Shown here in pieces: positions 33,601 through 43,228 of a DNA stretch of 64,000 nucleotides; within the stretch, counting starts at the first letter, position 1, and the number at the start of each line of letters is the position of its first letter. Location: positions 1-64,000 of the IMG/VR virus record IMGVR_UViG_3300045999_008996; one strand, 5' to 3'. The translations under genes were made by a program, and so were the position numbers. Below the pieces are notes generated by a model. The model saw nothing but the letters and a program-made list of their open reading frames with translations. It made no database searches and was not told where the DNA came from.

Positions 33601-36600
33601 TCTTGTATAATATCTTTTTTAATTTGAGAATTTAAATTTAAATCAATAGGAATCAGAGTATAATAAAATTCTGTTGGTACATAATCCTTTAAATTTAATG
33701 CAATTTTTGCTTCGGAGTCAATTCCAACTTTTCCAGATTCTGTTACTTGAAAAATACTTATATCAAATTCTTCATTAAACTTTTTATCTTTATAAAATTT
33801 AAGATCAAATGCAGGATAAGAGATTGAATTATTTTTATAAGACAATGAAGAATCTGATAAGTCAAAAACTACTGTTTGATTTTTTGTTAAATTTAAAGGT
33901 GGGTTGATTGGTAAAATGGACCCCGAAGATGAAGAATTTATATCAATAACTTCTGGATTTGATTTTGTGGCTTGATAAAAACTATTTGCTAGTTTAATTC
34001 TATTTGAATCTATGACAACGACATAATAAATTTCTTGGTCAGTTAAACCAGTTGCTGGGGAAGGTGAGGTGTATATTACTTTTTGCCCATCATAAAAACC
34101 ATGATTATTAATTGTAATAATATTATTATCAGTGTCTATTGAGGCAAAAGTTTTTGGATTTAATACTAATCTTCTATTGTAATCATTATACCTTACAGTA
34201 ACCGTTGTTGATATTCCGGATTTTACATTAATTGTTACATTATCAAATAGGGATAATCCATGAGTCTCTGCAGTAGAAACTGTTACAACATTTTTACTAA
34301 CTTTTCCTATTAAAGTATTGGAATAATTTGTTTTAAAACTATGTGTATTACCAGTTCCAACCGAGGTAAAATACAAAATACTGTTTTGTAATGTGGAAGA
34401 TCCAATAGCAACAAAAGTACCTGTTGATCCCAATCCAACTTGAACTGTAGAAATTCCAATTAAGTCATTCGTAATTTTTGCTGCATAAACCACTGAATTA
34501 TTTGTTAATTGGAATGTCGAAACACCATCAGTGGAGACAGAAATTTGATTTCCGCCATTTGAAGAATAAATTAACAAATCTCCAGTTTTTATGTTGTGAT
34601 TTTTAATATAAACTGATTGTGTTGGAATTGTTAACTGAGTAACTCCAGCACCTGGATTTGAAAAATAAATTGTACTAACAATTCCTACACCAGAAGTTGT
34701 TCCAATACCAATGGATTCTGTGGGATCGAAGTAAAATTCACGATCGATGGCAAAATTATATGTTGTTGAAATGCCAAAATTTAATCCAAATTTCTTTGAT
34801 TTTTCGGAGACAGGAGTTCCAATTTTATATGATGTTATTCCAGTAGTTGCATTTTGATTACGAATAACTCTAACCCTAGATGATTCTTCATCTACGTTTA
34901 AAATTTTAATTTGTTCATCATTAATTTGGTAAATATCATTTTCTTTGATATTAGGATACTGCAAATTGCCAGTAACGTTAAAATAAGTAACTAGTCCAGT
35001 ATGTTGAACAGATCCAATACCAGATGATAAAATGAGATTATTTTCCCTGACATTTATATTAGTAAATTTTTTATAATCATTTTTACCGGTGAAGACAACT
35101 AAGTCATTATTTAAATAATTATGAGGTACTGTAGTAAAACCTATAAATTGTTGTCTATCTGGATAAAGTTGAACATTTTCAAAAGATGAAGTTGCAACAC
35201 TAATTTGATTCACCAATTTTCCCTTGATCGAGGAAACTTTTGCTCTAGATTCTTGAAACTTATATAATAATTCATTATTTAAAGTTATTTGATCACCTAC
35301 TTTATAATTTTGTCCACCTGATACATTAGTTAATGATTTTAGATAACCTTTAGAAATATTTTTAATTACAGAATTTTGATTTTTAATTTTATTTGGATTG
35401 AAGAGATAATCATAAAGTGGTGGATTATAAGGACCAATGTTTCTTTTCCAGTTTGTTTGATTTATATCAATGTTGTCTTGGTTTGATAGACTTTCAAAGT
35501 TGAAATTAATTGGTTTAGATTTATAAGTAGGTCCAATTGCATAAGGAAACGTTGGTTTTTTATAATTGGCAAATACTCCAGATTCTTCTACTTCCCCACT
35601 ACCAATTGTCGTAAAATATGCATAAACTCCATTTGGATATTCTGGAGTAATTCCAAATCTTCCATTATGCTCATCCAAATCTCCGTTGGCATTGTACGAA
35701 TAATCTTCGACAAAAAATCCTTGAGGATAAATGGAAGTGCTAGGTCTATTTTCTTTTAATTGTAATTCATAACTTGAAGTCAGTAATTTAGCAGATCCTC
35801 CTTTTTCTGAAGCAAATCCATAAGGACCATAAATTGGATTTCCATCATAAGCCCAACCAATAATGGGAGAGTGAGATTCTGATGTTAATTCTTTATTACT
35901 GAAAATCTGCAAATCTGGAACAAAGATTTTTTTACCATCTTTGAAAGTAATTGATTGAACAGATCTTCTTAGGTTTCTTGGGGCATATGCATGAGCGTAT
36001 TGAAGTCCATAATTACTATTTAATCCCTCGACTAATATTCCATCATCATCATTTACTTTAGAATCCAATATTAATCTTTCAACTAAATTAACCTTCCAAG
36101 ACTTAATCTGTGCTTCAAATTTTGCTCCAGTCCCAGATGAATTTACTGTTATAAATGTATTTTCTTTTTTATATCCAATTCCCCCATTAATTACTTTGAC
36201 TTCAATCAAATGTCCATTAGATATAATTGGAGTTAGTAAAGCACCTATTCCTACCCCATCAATTTGAAGATCAGGTGGGGAATTGTATCCACTTCCGGAA
36301 TTTTTTACTAATACTTTGGCAATTCTTCCATTTGAAATGATTGGAGTAAGTTCTGCTCCAGACCCAGAATTTAATTCAAATAAAGGTTGTCTATTGTGAT
36401 TAATAATCTCTTCCGATCCATACTTTGTTCCTTTAGAAGAAACAAACACAGACTGCACTTCTCCTCTAAAAATTGGTTGAATAATTGCATTAAAATCTTG
36501 GACAGAAAAAGTTGAAACTCCTATTCGCCCTTTAACAGAAACTTTAATTTCTGGATAATTAAACCTATGGTTACCACTACCAGTTGACGTTAAATTGACA

Positions 36601-39600
36601 TATTGATTTGTGCTAAAATATAAAGAAACACTATTTCCTATACCGATTTTGGATAATTTAAACTCATCTTCATTAATTTTAGTCACATAATAAGATGTTG
36701 ATGAAGTTAATCCCCCAATAGGAGTTTCTGTTGGATCATATACAATTATTTCTCCACTTTCATATCCATGATTTGGAATCAAAATGCTATTTGATGCCGT
36801 GCTAATACCACTAGTGTCAGTAATAGTTAATTTATTTTGATAGTTTGACCCTGAATTTACAACAGTAATTGATCCTATTTTTCTTTTTAAATTTTTTGAC
36901 TTAATAAAATGATTTCCTGTTCCATAGGAGGTCAATTGTATGGTATTAATACCGACAACTGCATCCAAATAAGATTTGTGTAGTTTTATATTATGCAGAT
37001 CTTGTGTTGATACAAAATAAGTTGAATTTGTTGATAGTCCCCCGACAGAGTTTTGTCCATCTGTTACATATATTACTTCTTCAGCATTCCTAAATTTGTG
37101 ATAACTGGAAAATCCTACTTTATTGGTTGGACTTAATTGAACTAAATTCGCACTAGATTGTGAATTAAATTCAACACTATGCTCTAAAGTTACTAAATTT
37201 GCTTTTGCAATTGCACCAGAACCGTTACCTCCCGTAATTTCAATTACAGGTTCATCAATGTAATCAAATCCAGAATCTATAACGTTAATTTTTTCTAGTT
37301 TGCCAATTACGGAACAATGACCACTAGCTCCAGATCCAACAGGATCAGTAATAGATAAAATTGGAGGATTTATAATGTCATATCCAGACCCAGGTGCAGA
37401 TGGGACTATACTTTGAATTGGTCCATAGTAAACATTATCTTTTGTTTTATAATTTAAAAGTTCAACACCATTGATAAAAATACCTGTTAATCCTGGATTA
37501 GTTTCATATACAGTCTCGCCAATTTCTGGATTGGAAATTTTTCTAATTAGTTTTTGTGATTCAAGTAATTGAGTGCTCAAATCGGCATATGTAAAATCAG
37601 TAAGTTCAAACTTTGCATCTGTAACAGAACCATTTACGGATACAAAATTTTCCGTAAAAATATTATTTCTGCTTCTTGCTAGTTTTACTTCGGTTCCACT
37701 TACCTTTTTAATAAAATAAATTCCACCAGAAATTCCTAAAGTATTGTCTATAGTTGGTTTATATACAATTGAGTCTCCTGTATAAAAACCATGATCACCA
37801 ATATTAAGAGTTGTTCCTGAAAAAGATCCACTAAAAACTACCGATCGATCATTTATTAGTAAAGTTTGATCTAAATACGTTGGAAGTGACGGTGATGATA
37901 CGTACAAAGATCCACTATCGTCCGAATAAACATTTTGTACATTGGAAGTATAATTATTAACAGATGGATAACTTTCCTTTCTAAGTTTTGTAATTACTCT
38001 TTCCGCAGATACTTTCGATACGTTTCTTTTTACTGTATAAGTTAAATCTGAGTTTAATTCACTTTGGTTTGATCCAAATTGGACAGTAAAAGATTTTTCG
38101 TTATTAAAAGAAATTACATTAGCAGTTTGCTCATCTCCCGAAGATGATACAAAAGTTACCAAATCTCCAACTCTAAAAGAATGATCATCTGACAATGTGA
38201 TATTATACAGTTTGCCTTTTGAAGGTTCATCTGATTTATCTACAATTGATATTTCAGAAACCTCATATTTTACTGGAACATTAAAGAACCAATTATTAAA
38301 CTTAGAATCTTTTGTGTTTAAACCTAAAGACTTTATTCTAATGGTATCTCCCTCAGAATAAAAAGCACTGTTATCTGGGAGATTTAATTCGGATAAAACA
38401 CCAGTGATTCTAACTTTTACTATACTTGTGTTTCCAGAATCAGCGTATCCATATGCAAATTCGTTTGTTTTTATCTCAGTGGATTCCGGTATATCTTGAG
38501 ATATACCTTGACAATCTAAAAACTGATTTAATGTTTTTGATCCATATGTAATATTCAATGAAGTTCCATTTTCAAGATCGACAACAAGAGTTCCATTTGA
38601 AGTTGGAAATGATACCGTAGAATCTACTTCTAAAGTCGTTGATTCTGAAGGTATTCTAGATACAACTCTCGTTTTTGGGTGGATTTTAAATTTTCCATAA
38701 ATTGATCCAATAGATAGAATATCTCTATCATATCCAGAATCTAAACTTATAATATAATAATCTTTAGATCCTCTTCTAATTTTTTCTACCTGCGTAATAG
38801 TCCCTTGTGAAGTTACATTTCCCTCAGAATCTTCTTGATAAAGAGTATTATTTACGAGAGATTCTGGATTTCCTTCAATTTTTTCTGCAACTAAATCGGA
38901 AGTAATACGATATTGAGCGTCTGATGGTTTAATTAAATAGTCTCTTGGTCTTATAACTTCAACATTCTCCCCATATAGGGCACCAAAAAGAATTTTAAAA
39001 GAATTATCTGTTCCTTTTGAAGAATAAAAATCTATAGATTGCTTTACAAAAAGTCTTTCATTTAAATTAGAATATAACTCCCTATCTTCAAATCCAGGCG
39101 TAATTTGTTTTTTAACTTTTTTAAAAAATTCTTTAAGAAAAAGAATACTTAAGTTGGTTACAGTAGTTAAATTTCCACCAACTTCAATGAAATGTTCCTC
39201 TGCTTGAGATTCTGAAAAAGTTAATTCATCTTTCACTGCATAAGAAGTGACACCACTAAATCCCCGAATACATCCATCAAAAGTAGTGGAAGTTTTTGAA
39301 GTATATGTAATAATTTCAGAATCGATCAATAAAAGACCATAAGAATCGGGAAATCCTGCAGTGGAAGTTACATTAATTGTGGAATCAAAAAAAGTTACAT
39401 CTGAAGTTAAAGTTGTTGAATCTATTAAATTTGTTAATTGATCAACTTTAATGTATTGATCAATATTCTGAAGTATATCGCTTACATTTCCTTGACTTTC
39501 CAATGAAATGTAATATTGTGATAAGAATTCCGAAACAAGAGGAAACTCTTCCGAAACAAATTGTGGTAGTTGATTTTCAACAATGGAACTGATTTTGATT

Positions 39601-39614
39601 CTGGTTTCTTTCAT
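27618..39614 (-). CDS. g7: Giant baseplate wedge initiator, gp7-like (3998 aa)
   Basis: Between g6 and g8; FYSSKGT, HSPIIGWAYDGNPIYGPYG, DSDYYQYFSY, HTAGFK motifs. Confidence 0.8.
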   Translation of the reverse strand: MKETRIKISSIVENQLPQFVSEEFPLVSEFLSQYYISLESQGNVSDILQNIDQYIKVDQLTNLIDSTTLTSDVTFFDSTINVTSTAGFPDSYGLLLIDSEIITYTSKTSTTFDGCIRGFSGVTSYAVKDELTFSESQAEEHFIEVGGNLTTVTNLSILFLKEFFKKVKKQITPGFEDRELYSNLNERLFVKQSIDFYSSKGTDNSFKILFGALYGENVEVIRPRDYLIKPSDAQYRITSDLVAEKIEGNPESLVNNTLYQEDSEGNVTSQGTITQVEKIRRGSKDYYIISLDSGYDRDILSIGSIYGKFKIHPKTRVVSRIPSESTTLEVDSTVSFPTSNGTLVVDLENGTSLNITYGSKTLNQFLDCQGISQDIPESTEIKTNEFAYGYADSGNTSIVKVRITGVLSELNLPDNSAFYSEGDTIRIKSLGLNTKDSKFNNWFFNVPVKYEVSEISIVDKSDEPSKGKLYNITLSDDHSFRVGDLVTFVSSSGDEQTANVISFNNEKSFTVQFGSNQSELNSDLTYTVKRNVSKVSAERVITKLRKESYPSVNNYTSNVQNVYSDDSGSLYVSSPSLPTYLDQTLLINDRSVVFSGSFSGTTLNIGDHGFYTGDSIVYKPTIDNTLGISGGIYFIKKVSGTEVKLARSRNNIFTENFVSVNGSVTDAKFELTDFTYADLSTQLLESQKLIRKISNPEIGETVYETNPGLTGIFINGVELLNYKTKDNVYYGPIQSIVPSAPGSGYDIINPPILSITDPVGSGASGHCSVIGKLEKINVIDSGFDYIDEPVIEITGGNGSGAIAKANLVTLEHSVEFNSQSSANLVQLSPTNKVGFSSYHKFRNAEEVIYVTDGQNSVGGLSTNSTYFVSTQDLHNIKLHKSYLDAVVGINTIQLTSYGTGNHFIKSKNLKRKIGSITVVNSGSNYQNKLTITDTSGISTASNSILIPNHGYESGEIIVYDPTETPIGGLTSSTSYYVTKINEDEFKLSKIGIGNSVSLYFSTNQYVNLTSTGSGNHRFNYPEIKVSVKGRIGVSTFSVQDFNAIIQPIFRGEVQSVFVSSKGTKYGSEEIINHNRQPLFELNSGSGAELTPIISNGRIAKVLVKNSGSGYNSPPDLQIDGVGIGALLTPIISNGHLIEVKVINGGIGYKKENTFITVNSSGTGAKFEAQIKSWKVNLVERLILDSKVNDDDGILVEGLNSNYGLQYAHAYAPRNLRRSVQSITFKDGKKIFVPDLQIFSNKELTSESHSPIIGWAYDGNPIYGPYGFASEKGGSAKLLTSSYELQLKENRPSTSIYPQGFFVEDYSYNANGDLDEHNGRFGITPEYPNGVYAYFTTIGSGEVEESGVFANYKKPTFPYAIGPTYKSKPINFNFESLSNQDNIDINQTNWKRNIGPYNPPLYDYLFNPNKIKNQNSVIKNISKGYLKSLTNVSGGQNYKVGDQITLNNELLYKFQESRAKVSSIKGKLVNQISVATSSFENVQLYPDRQQFIGFTTVPHNYLNNDLVVFTGKNDYKKFTNINVRENNLILSSGIGSVQHTGLVTYFNVTGNLQYPNIKENDIYQINDEQIKILNVDEESSRVRVIRNQNATTGITSYKIGTPVSEKSKKFGLNFGISTTYNFAIDREFYFDPTESIGIGTTSGVGIVSTIYFSNPGAGVTQLTIPTQSVYIKNHNIKTGDLLIYSSNGGNQISVSTDGVSTFQLTNNSVVYAAKITNDLIGISTVQVGLGSTGTFVAIGSSTLQNSILYFTSVGTGNTHSFKTNYSNTLIGKVSKNVVTVSTAETHGLSLFDNVTINVKSGISTTVTVRYNDYNRRLVLNPKTFASIDTDNNIITINNHGFYDGQKVIYTSPSPATGLTDQEIYYVVVIDSNRIKLANSFYQATKSNPEVIDINSSSSGSILPINPPLNLTKNQTVVFDLSDSSLSYKNNSISYPAFDLKFYKDKKFNEEFDISIFQVTESGKVGIDSEAKIALNLKDYVPTEFYYTLIPIDLNLNSQIKKDIIQDDEVIGSNKITLSQSGYDGNYSIVAISSNTFSYNVLSIPESTSYSNDVEYYTNSLSAKGPIQETLVLKSGEYKSLPNIISILSDEGSGGVLDPSSTSIGKVKEVEIEDIGFEYSSDYSVRPIAKFPSFLVLEPLSSFDYIGISSNGRNYNTAPSLVVIDGLTNRVINDIDLFYKLGDSTVTIKRNNKTISSNPKPKIIPTNNSNGVKIKNIVFNSTSKDVIVTLGASFSDPEDYPFAVGSKVLIENTSVGIATTGKGYNSSNYDYALFTLTAVDPNIGGTIGTVTYNLSSYLKDGEVPGTFSSIYSAGKIIPESHFPIFDPVLKKNNFYKGETVYSPTSTGKVESWDETNQYLKVSTIDDFAVGESILGETTNSVGIIKEILSFETDYKVDATSLVKKGWHTETGFLNNDLQRIHDSDYYQYFSYALRSKKDLSTWDNPVSALNHTAGFKKFGSLIIDSLQENVGISTNQNQGDFIGIADLSRVIDLNCVYDFDLASENNLLIDGNIKSNEILFNSRIIQDYIESIGNKVLMIDDISGQFNSNPRATNFGIVDSFTLDDVRSKKYITLVKDRRSSSEVQVSLVSLIHNDTNGFLNQYGMNSLNDLGFFDFNITGNKGNLLFYPIKFRFNDYYISNLSFSLNDVVSGVGTTNLGTSVRVNTDTTTISTGSNRETIASIASTYRSSKVLVQIGATNSSYYEYDELTYIHNDSEVLLLDYGQITTDTFVQRSTSGIGTYDAYISGNNVVIDLIPYDTTSVDYVVNTFNVSLANTSLSGVGTQIIGGATLDSSSVSISSSPSPTANTIASYSNVKNNCSYSIISIEDETNSQYQVSEFLTITDTFNNQCYIVEFGNLNTSSSLGIITAGISGSITNTYFTPIANIDVDVKVFQTQLYLIDESIQLSLNNGSLSYDYETYIGTDNDIKKSFDLKYQNIPIFQRYFDGSNSSIVNITKNTIQIPYHNFVTGEEINYSYSGAGSGPIGIAETTITGIGTTDKLPSTLYAVKVDNLNIQLADTASNALKSIPTILNISAVGIGSSHIFTSKNQNKKSLISIDNIIQSPITSTAVTTTLSKNVGFFDSEISISGINSISGGDLLKIDNEIMRVASVGVGSTNSVSVIRPWLGTGLSTHSSSSLVKKVLGNYNIVDNTIYFDEAPYGKVPILNSTNRADEIDYTGIVTGSTFSGRIFLRSGEQDTSIEPYNKNYIFDDISSNFNGIGKTFTLKSEGSNVTGISTDNAIVLINDIFQGPSTINIVDSYDLTESAGITTITFVGTSASTIYDVNTANIPRGGIILSVGSTEGFGYQPLVAAGGTAIVSVAGTIQSISIGNSGSGYRVGVQTVVNVGVKTESTGIPNIEFIGTASVSNGRIVGVSITNPGIGYTSSNPPIVIFDSPLSYSNIPLIYSSQSPSGVGTGAFVDVVVGQGSSVISFELKNLGYGYKPNDILTVSIGGTAGIPTDTSLSFSKFEITVDKVQSDKFASWSVGRLQVIDPLDTLFDGNRKSFPILINGNQTTIRSKKLTKEEVQATLLVFINDVLQVPGKGYTFNGGSIIRFTEAPKEGDTSRILFYRGTGDLDTQDVDILETIKIGDDVLLTDDSINLTQEDRVVTDIVSSDIINTNLYSGPGVSSNENLIRPLTWCRQTEDRTVNGFYVGKDRSIYEPYIQPTTNIIQNIGIASTAIFVESVKAFFDSEKEYVHDGTNEKPQNKILIVSQDTITSAISTAIVSTSGTISSIAITNGGVGYSSAPLVTIAGPIGFGTTTSQNTARALATISGGVVTGIAITVAGLGYSITEPPAVLIDPPSFKYEIIDKVSYEGDFGVITGIKTTSVGVASTGIVFDFFIPSNSILRDGKTVKVGIATTGISGIQTGYYFVVSTSNVGKGLTSLNSSGNIVGVGTTFIDNIYQVAAVSIAQTAVPGVGITNVAKVTVSVSDYNGLSGLGFSSFYGEYSWGRILTPIRKNPEEFITYANVGGISTSPIVQRYNKLKYVGYSTS

Positions 39615-39618
39615 TTTA

Positions 39619-41529
39619 TTATATTCTTACGAGGTCTCCGTTAGTGTAACTTGATGTAACCTTATATGTTGATCCAGATATATCTGAACCAGAAGAAATA
39701 TCATCAGATAGCATATTTAATACACTGTTATTAATATCTAGTTGCAAATATAAATCCTGCAATCCAATCACATCATTGGATTTTGGAACCACTGAAATTT
39801 GAATAACAGGTTGTAAAAATGAGGTTTTTGAAGTCGCTACAATTTTAACTGGATTTAATTTTATTTCTCCTTTTACATAATCAATTTTACCAACATTAGA
39901 TTTTACAATGATTGGTTCATTTTCTGATTGTAGTCTGAAGAAAAATATACTTCCAGTTGATCCATTAGTATTAGGAGAATCCCCCATATACAAAGTATCA
40001 TTTATTCCTGCAATTTTGAATCCAGAAGATTTAATATTATATCCATTCATACTTTTAATATGAAACTGATTCCCATAACAAATTTCATAATCAGCAAATA
40101 CGTTAAGTTCTGCTCTTAAATCACGTCTCATTATAATTTTAGTGATATTAGATGTGATAGCACTATTTGAATCATCAATAATCTTTAAATATTTACTATA
40201 CTTAAATCTTGCTCCATACTTATTAAGTTCTTTTGAATTTGCATAATTTTTAATGTTATCAAAAATAATATCTCTCAAATAATTTGAATCATTAGTTGCA
40301 TTTGAATTATAATATGCAGTAGTGTCTGTTTCTAGATACAAATATTTGAGGTCAATAATTTCTGGCACAATACCAGCAACTGAGTATCTCCTTAGATCTC
40401 GTTCGATATTGTCCTTAACTTGAGATGAAACAAATGGTCCATTGATTGGTTTGATACTGATAAAAACTTTTCCGTACTGTGGAGGTGTTAAATCCTCTCC
40501 GCCAAAAACAGAAATTGATTCTGCTTCTGAATATATCGTAGGAATGATTGTCTCATAATCGGATGCAGTTACTGCACGATTTTGTGTAGAATATTTTCTT
40601 GGTGCGTACTTTTTAATCGATTCAACGGATTCAATTTCTCTTCCACTTTGAGATGGAGAATTTGTTGTAATTAAAGAAATCCCTGATGCAACAACTCTAT
40701 TGTTATTATCTACAATACGTCCATTAAAATTAAATGAGGAAACTCCATTTCCACTTTCCCCATTAGTAATATTATAAGAAACTTCGATATAATTTAAGTT
40801 TGAAAGTTTTTTTCCGAATATACCATCACCAAAAATTAACTCATATCTTTGATCTTCTATTTCTTGTATGAAGAAAACTCTTGATTCTGAGTTAATATTA
40901 AAAAGATTTTTTGATAATTTATAAGCACTTTTAACTGTACTTAACTGTGTCTCTCTAACAAAAACACTGATTGAATCTATATCAATATTTGCATTATCCA
41001 AAATAAATTTTTGACTTTGATTATTAGCATCAACTTCAAAACTATTGATGATATATGTTCCCTCATAAATGTCAATGTTTTCAAATAAAGCAATTCCATT
41101 GACTACTGGAACAGTGATGTCTTGTGGAATAATAAAAGAAAAACTCTGATTTCCAAAAGCAGTATTTGATGTACATACAATTCCATTCTTTAAAGTTAAT
41201 GTAATTGGATTTGTTGTGAATCCTGTTGTATCGACAAAAAATGAAACGTTTGCTTTTGATGCTGAACGAGAATGTGGAACATATCCAATATTTCTTGCTA
41301 GAGAAACTACATTTTCTCTAAGTGTTGCGCTATCAATAAAAACCTCATTGCTAATCATATTAGCGTTATATGAGGAAATGTAAGTATTATATGCTAAAAC
41401 ATCGATCAAAGATGAGATATTTGATCCTTCAAAATCGTAGTCAGTAAAATTTGAATTCGCTCTTAGATACTCACGAATTGAAACTTTTATTTGATCGAAG
41501 TCTAGGTTAGTAAAATTAACTAATGCCAT
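39619..41529 (-). CDS. g6: Baseplate wedge protein gp6
   Basis: LDFDQIK, FTDYDFEGS, QNRAVTASDY motifs. Confidence 0.95.
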   Translation of the reverse strand: MALVNFTNLDFDQIKVSIREYLRANSNFTDYDFEGSNISSLIDVLAYNTYISSYNANMISNEVFIDSATLRENVVSLARNIGYVPHSRSASKANVSFFVDTTGFTTNPITLTLKNGIVCTSNTAFGNQSFSFIIPQDITVPVVNGIALFENIDIYEGTYIINSFEVDANNQSQKFILDNANIDIDSISVFVRETQLSTVKSAYKLSKNLFNINSESRVFFIQEIEDQRYELIFGDGIFGKKLSNLNYIEVSYNITNGESGNGVSSFNFNGRIVDNNNRVVASGISLITTNSPSQSGREIESVESIKKYAPRKYSTQNRAVTASDYETIIPTIYSEAESISVFGGEDLTPPQYGKVFISIKPINGPFVSSQVKDNIERDLRRYSVAGIVPEIIDLKYLYLETDTTAYYNSNATNDSNYLRDIIFDNIKNYANSKELNKYGARFKYSKYLKIIDDSNSAITSNITKIIMRRDLRAELNVFADYEICYGNQFHIKSMNGYNIKSSGFKIAGINDTLYMGDSPNTNGSTGSIFFFRLQSENEPIIVKSNVGKIDYVKGEIKLNPVKIVATSKTSFLQPVIQISVVPKSNDVIGLQDLYLQLDINNSVLNMLSDDISSGSDISGSTYKVTSSYTNGDLVRI

Positions 41530-41931
41530 TTATCTTGTTGGCTGAAGTGCAAATGATAATTGTTGAGGTAATACGTCAATACCTACAATTCTATAGTTTA
41601 TTGTAACGTCAAATTCATTATTATCATAATTTGGAGTTACACTTACTGAAATTAAATTCACTCTTGGTTCGTAATTTTGAATAGTATTTTCAATTTCATC
41701 CTTAATTACTGATGCCGAGATATCATCAATATTTTCAAAAAGAGAACGACTTACTTTTGACCCCAAATTTTCATTAAAAAAGCGTTCTCCTGGATATGTT
41801 AATACTAAATTTCTAACAGAGCGAGCAATAGCAGTCTCATTTTTCAGAGGAATTAAGTCATAATTAAGTGGGTTGACCTGAAAGGTCATGCTCAGGTCTT
41901 TAAATCCTTTACTGACCCGCTCTAATGGCAT
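41530..41931 (-). CDS. g25: Baseplate wedge protein gp25
   Basis: SVRNLVLTYPGERFF, IQNYEPRV motifs. Confidence 0.94.
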   Translation of the reverse strand: MPLERVSKGFKDLSMTFQVNPLNYDLIPLKNETAIARSVRNLVLTYPGERFFNENLGSKVSRSLFENIDDISASVIKDEIENTIQNYEPRVNLISVSVTPNYDNNEFDVTINYRIVGIDVLPQQLSFALQPTR

Positions 41932-41954
41932 AAAAAGTACAAAATCTGTATTAT

Positions 41955-42212
41955 TTATTCGGGTTTTTTAAATTCATAGAGAGGTTCTGTTCCATAGTTC
42001 CAGTCATCATAGTCCTCATCATTGCGAATTTTCTCATGAATTTCATTTTGGTGGTAAAAATCGTGTTTTTTGGGAGTTAGATCATCATTTGCAATCTCAC
42101 GAAGCATTTTTTGCTTCTCAATTTTATTTTCCCAACCATATTCACTACTCAAATACTGAGTTCCCCACTCATTTTTCATGAAATTTTGGTCTTTATCGAC
42201 TTTTTTGGTCAT
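41955..42212 (-). CDS. Hypothetical protein
   Basis: 85 aa ORF in co-directional run. Confidence 0.7.
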   Translation of the reverse strand: MTKKVDKDQNFMKNEWGTQYLSSEYGWENKIEKQKMLREIANDDLTPKKHDFYHQNEIHEKIRNDEDYDDWNYGTEPLYEFKKPE

Positions 42213-42888
42213 TGTGTGCTCCTGATTCGTTAAAATCAGAACTTTTTACGGGGTTGCTATCCCGAATTTTTGTAATTTCATACATGAAATCGTCAGATGT
42301 TTCAATTTTGCGACGATTTTCGACTGAATATTCGGTTAAGTCAATCTCATATCCTGGATTTTTGGTAATTCTATTCTTAGTCCATGCATCATCATACCAC
42401 AATATTTTATTATTGGGGTATGCATAAAAATTTCCGTTATCCATTTTGAAAAAATGAGCGCATTTATGCTCAGGTGTCTCACTAAAATTAGTATTCAGGG
42501 TAGATTTCGACTCCCATGACCAATCAAGAGTGAATAAGTAGGTCCCTTCATTCTTTTCTCCCCGATAATTGATTAATTCAGCACGTAAGTTAGCAAGTCT
42601 TGAACGAACTTGAACATCAATATAAGGAGAAAAACAATCCCACCACATACACTCTTCTAGTTCAGGCGTTGGTGCATCGGGTTTCCAACAAAATGCATGA
42701 ATTGGTCTACGAGTCCAGTTAACACCATTCTCAAGAAATGCCTCAAAGAGCGGTACGTGCTTCTCTAAGGACGCTACGGAGTGTACATCGCATAAAGTTA
42801 CCTCACCATGACCTTTTTTATGATTATAAAGGAATTCATTGCGAATATAACAAGTAATTGTTGGAAGATTATGATTTAAGTATGCCAT
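42193..42888 (-). CDS. Hypothetical phage protein
   Basis: 231 aa; WWDCFS, YLFTLDW, EHKCAH, GNFYAYPNN. Confidence 0.8.
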   Translation of the reverse strand: MAYLNHNLPTITCYIRNEFLYNHKKGHGEVTLCDVHSVASLEKHVPLFEAFLENGVNWTRRPIHAFCWKPDAPTPELEECMWWDCFSPYIDVQVRSRLANLRAELINYRGEKNEGTYLFTLDWSWESKSTLNTNFSETPEHKCAHFFKMDNGNFYAYPNNKILWYDDAWTKNRITKNPGYEIDLTEYSVENRRKIETSDDFMYEITKIRDSNPVKSSDFNESGAHNDQKSR

Positions 42889-42898
42889 AAGTTGATAA

Positions 42899-42925
42899 TA
42901 AAAAAGCAGGAATTTCTTCCTGCTC
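42899..42925 (-). terminator. Rho-independent terminator
   Basis: AGCAGGAA/TTCCTGCT stem followed by U-tract on minus strand. Confidence 0.75.
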
Positions 42926-42933
42926 TATCTATA

Positions 42934-43074
42934 TTATTTTCCTTGACCGCGATACTTTTTCTTACGTCCATTGCGAGAGGTTGCACTCAATAGTGTTCGA
43001 GGAGAACGTCCCTGACGTGTCTTTTTGGGTGCTCCGGGTTCAAAAATAGTCTTATTCGATCCACCTTTAGCCAT
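42934..43074 (-). CDS. Small basic protein, 46 aa
   Basis: Hand translation MAKGGSNKTIFEPGAPKKTRQG...RKKKYRGQGK. Confidence 0.7.
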   Translation of the reverse strand: MAKGGSNKTIFEPGAPKKTRQGRSPRTLLSATSRNGRKKKYRGQGK

Positions 43075-43228
43075 TTGTAATTTCCTCCATTTCTAATTCA
43101 TTAGGATCAATATCTTCTCCCGAGTAAAAACGCTCTGAGAAGTCTTGTATGATCTCACTACAGTCTTCTATAGTGAGATCTGTATAAATTTTACGCCCTT
43201 TGTATAAAAGATTGTAAAGTGTACTCAT
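43067..43228 (-). CDS. Small acidic protein, 53 aa
   Basis: Hand translation MSTLYNLLYKGRKIYTDL...; overlaps neighbours at both ends. Confidence 0.65.
   Translation of the reverse strand: MSTLYNLLYKGRKIYTDLTIEDCSEIIQDFSERFYSGEDIDPNELEMEEITNG

Noticed and set aside
27618-39614. 3998-aa ORF as a novelty
   Set aside because: Very long gp7-like proteins with GxG(T/Y) repeats are usual at this position in cyanomyoviruses
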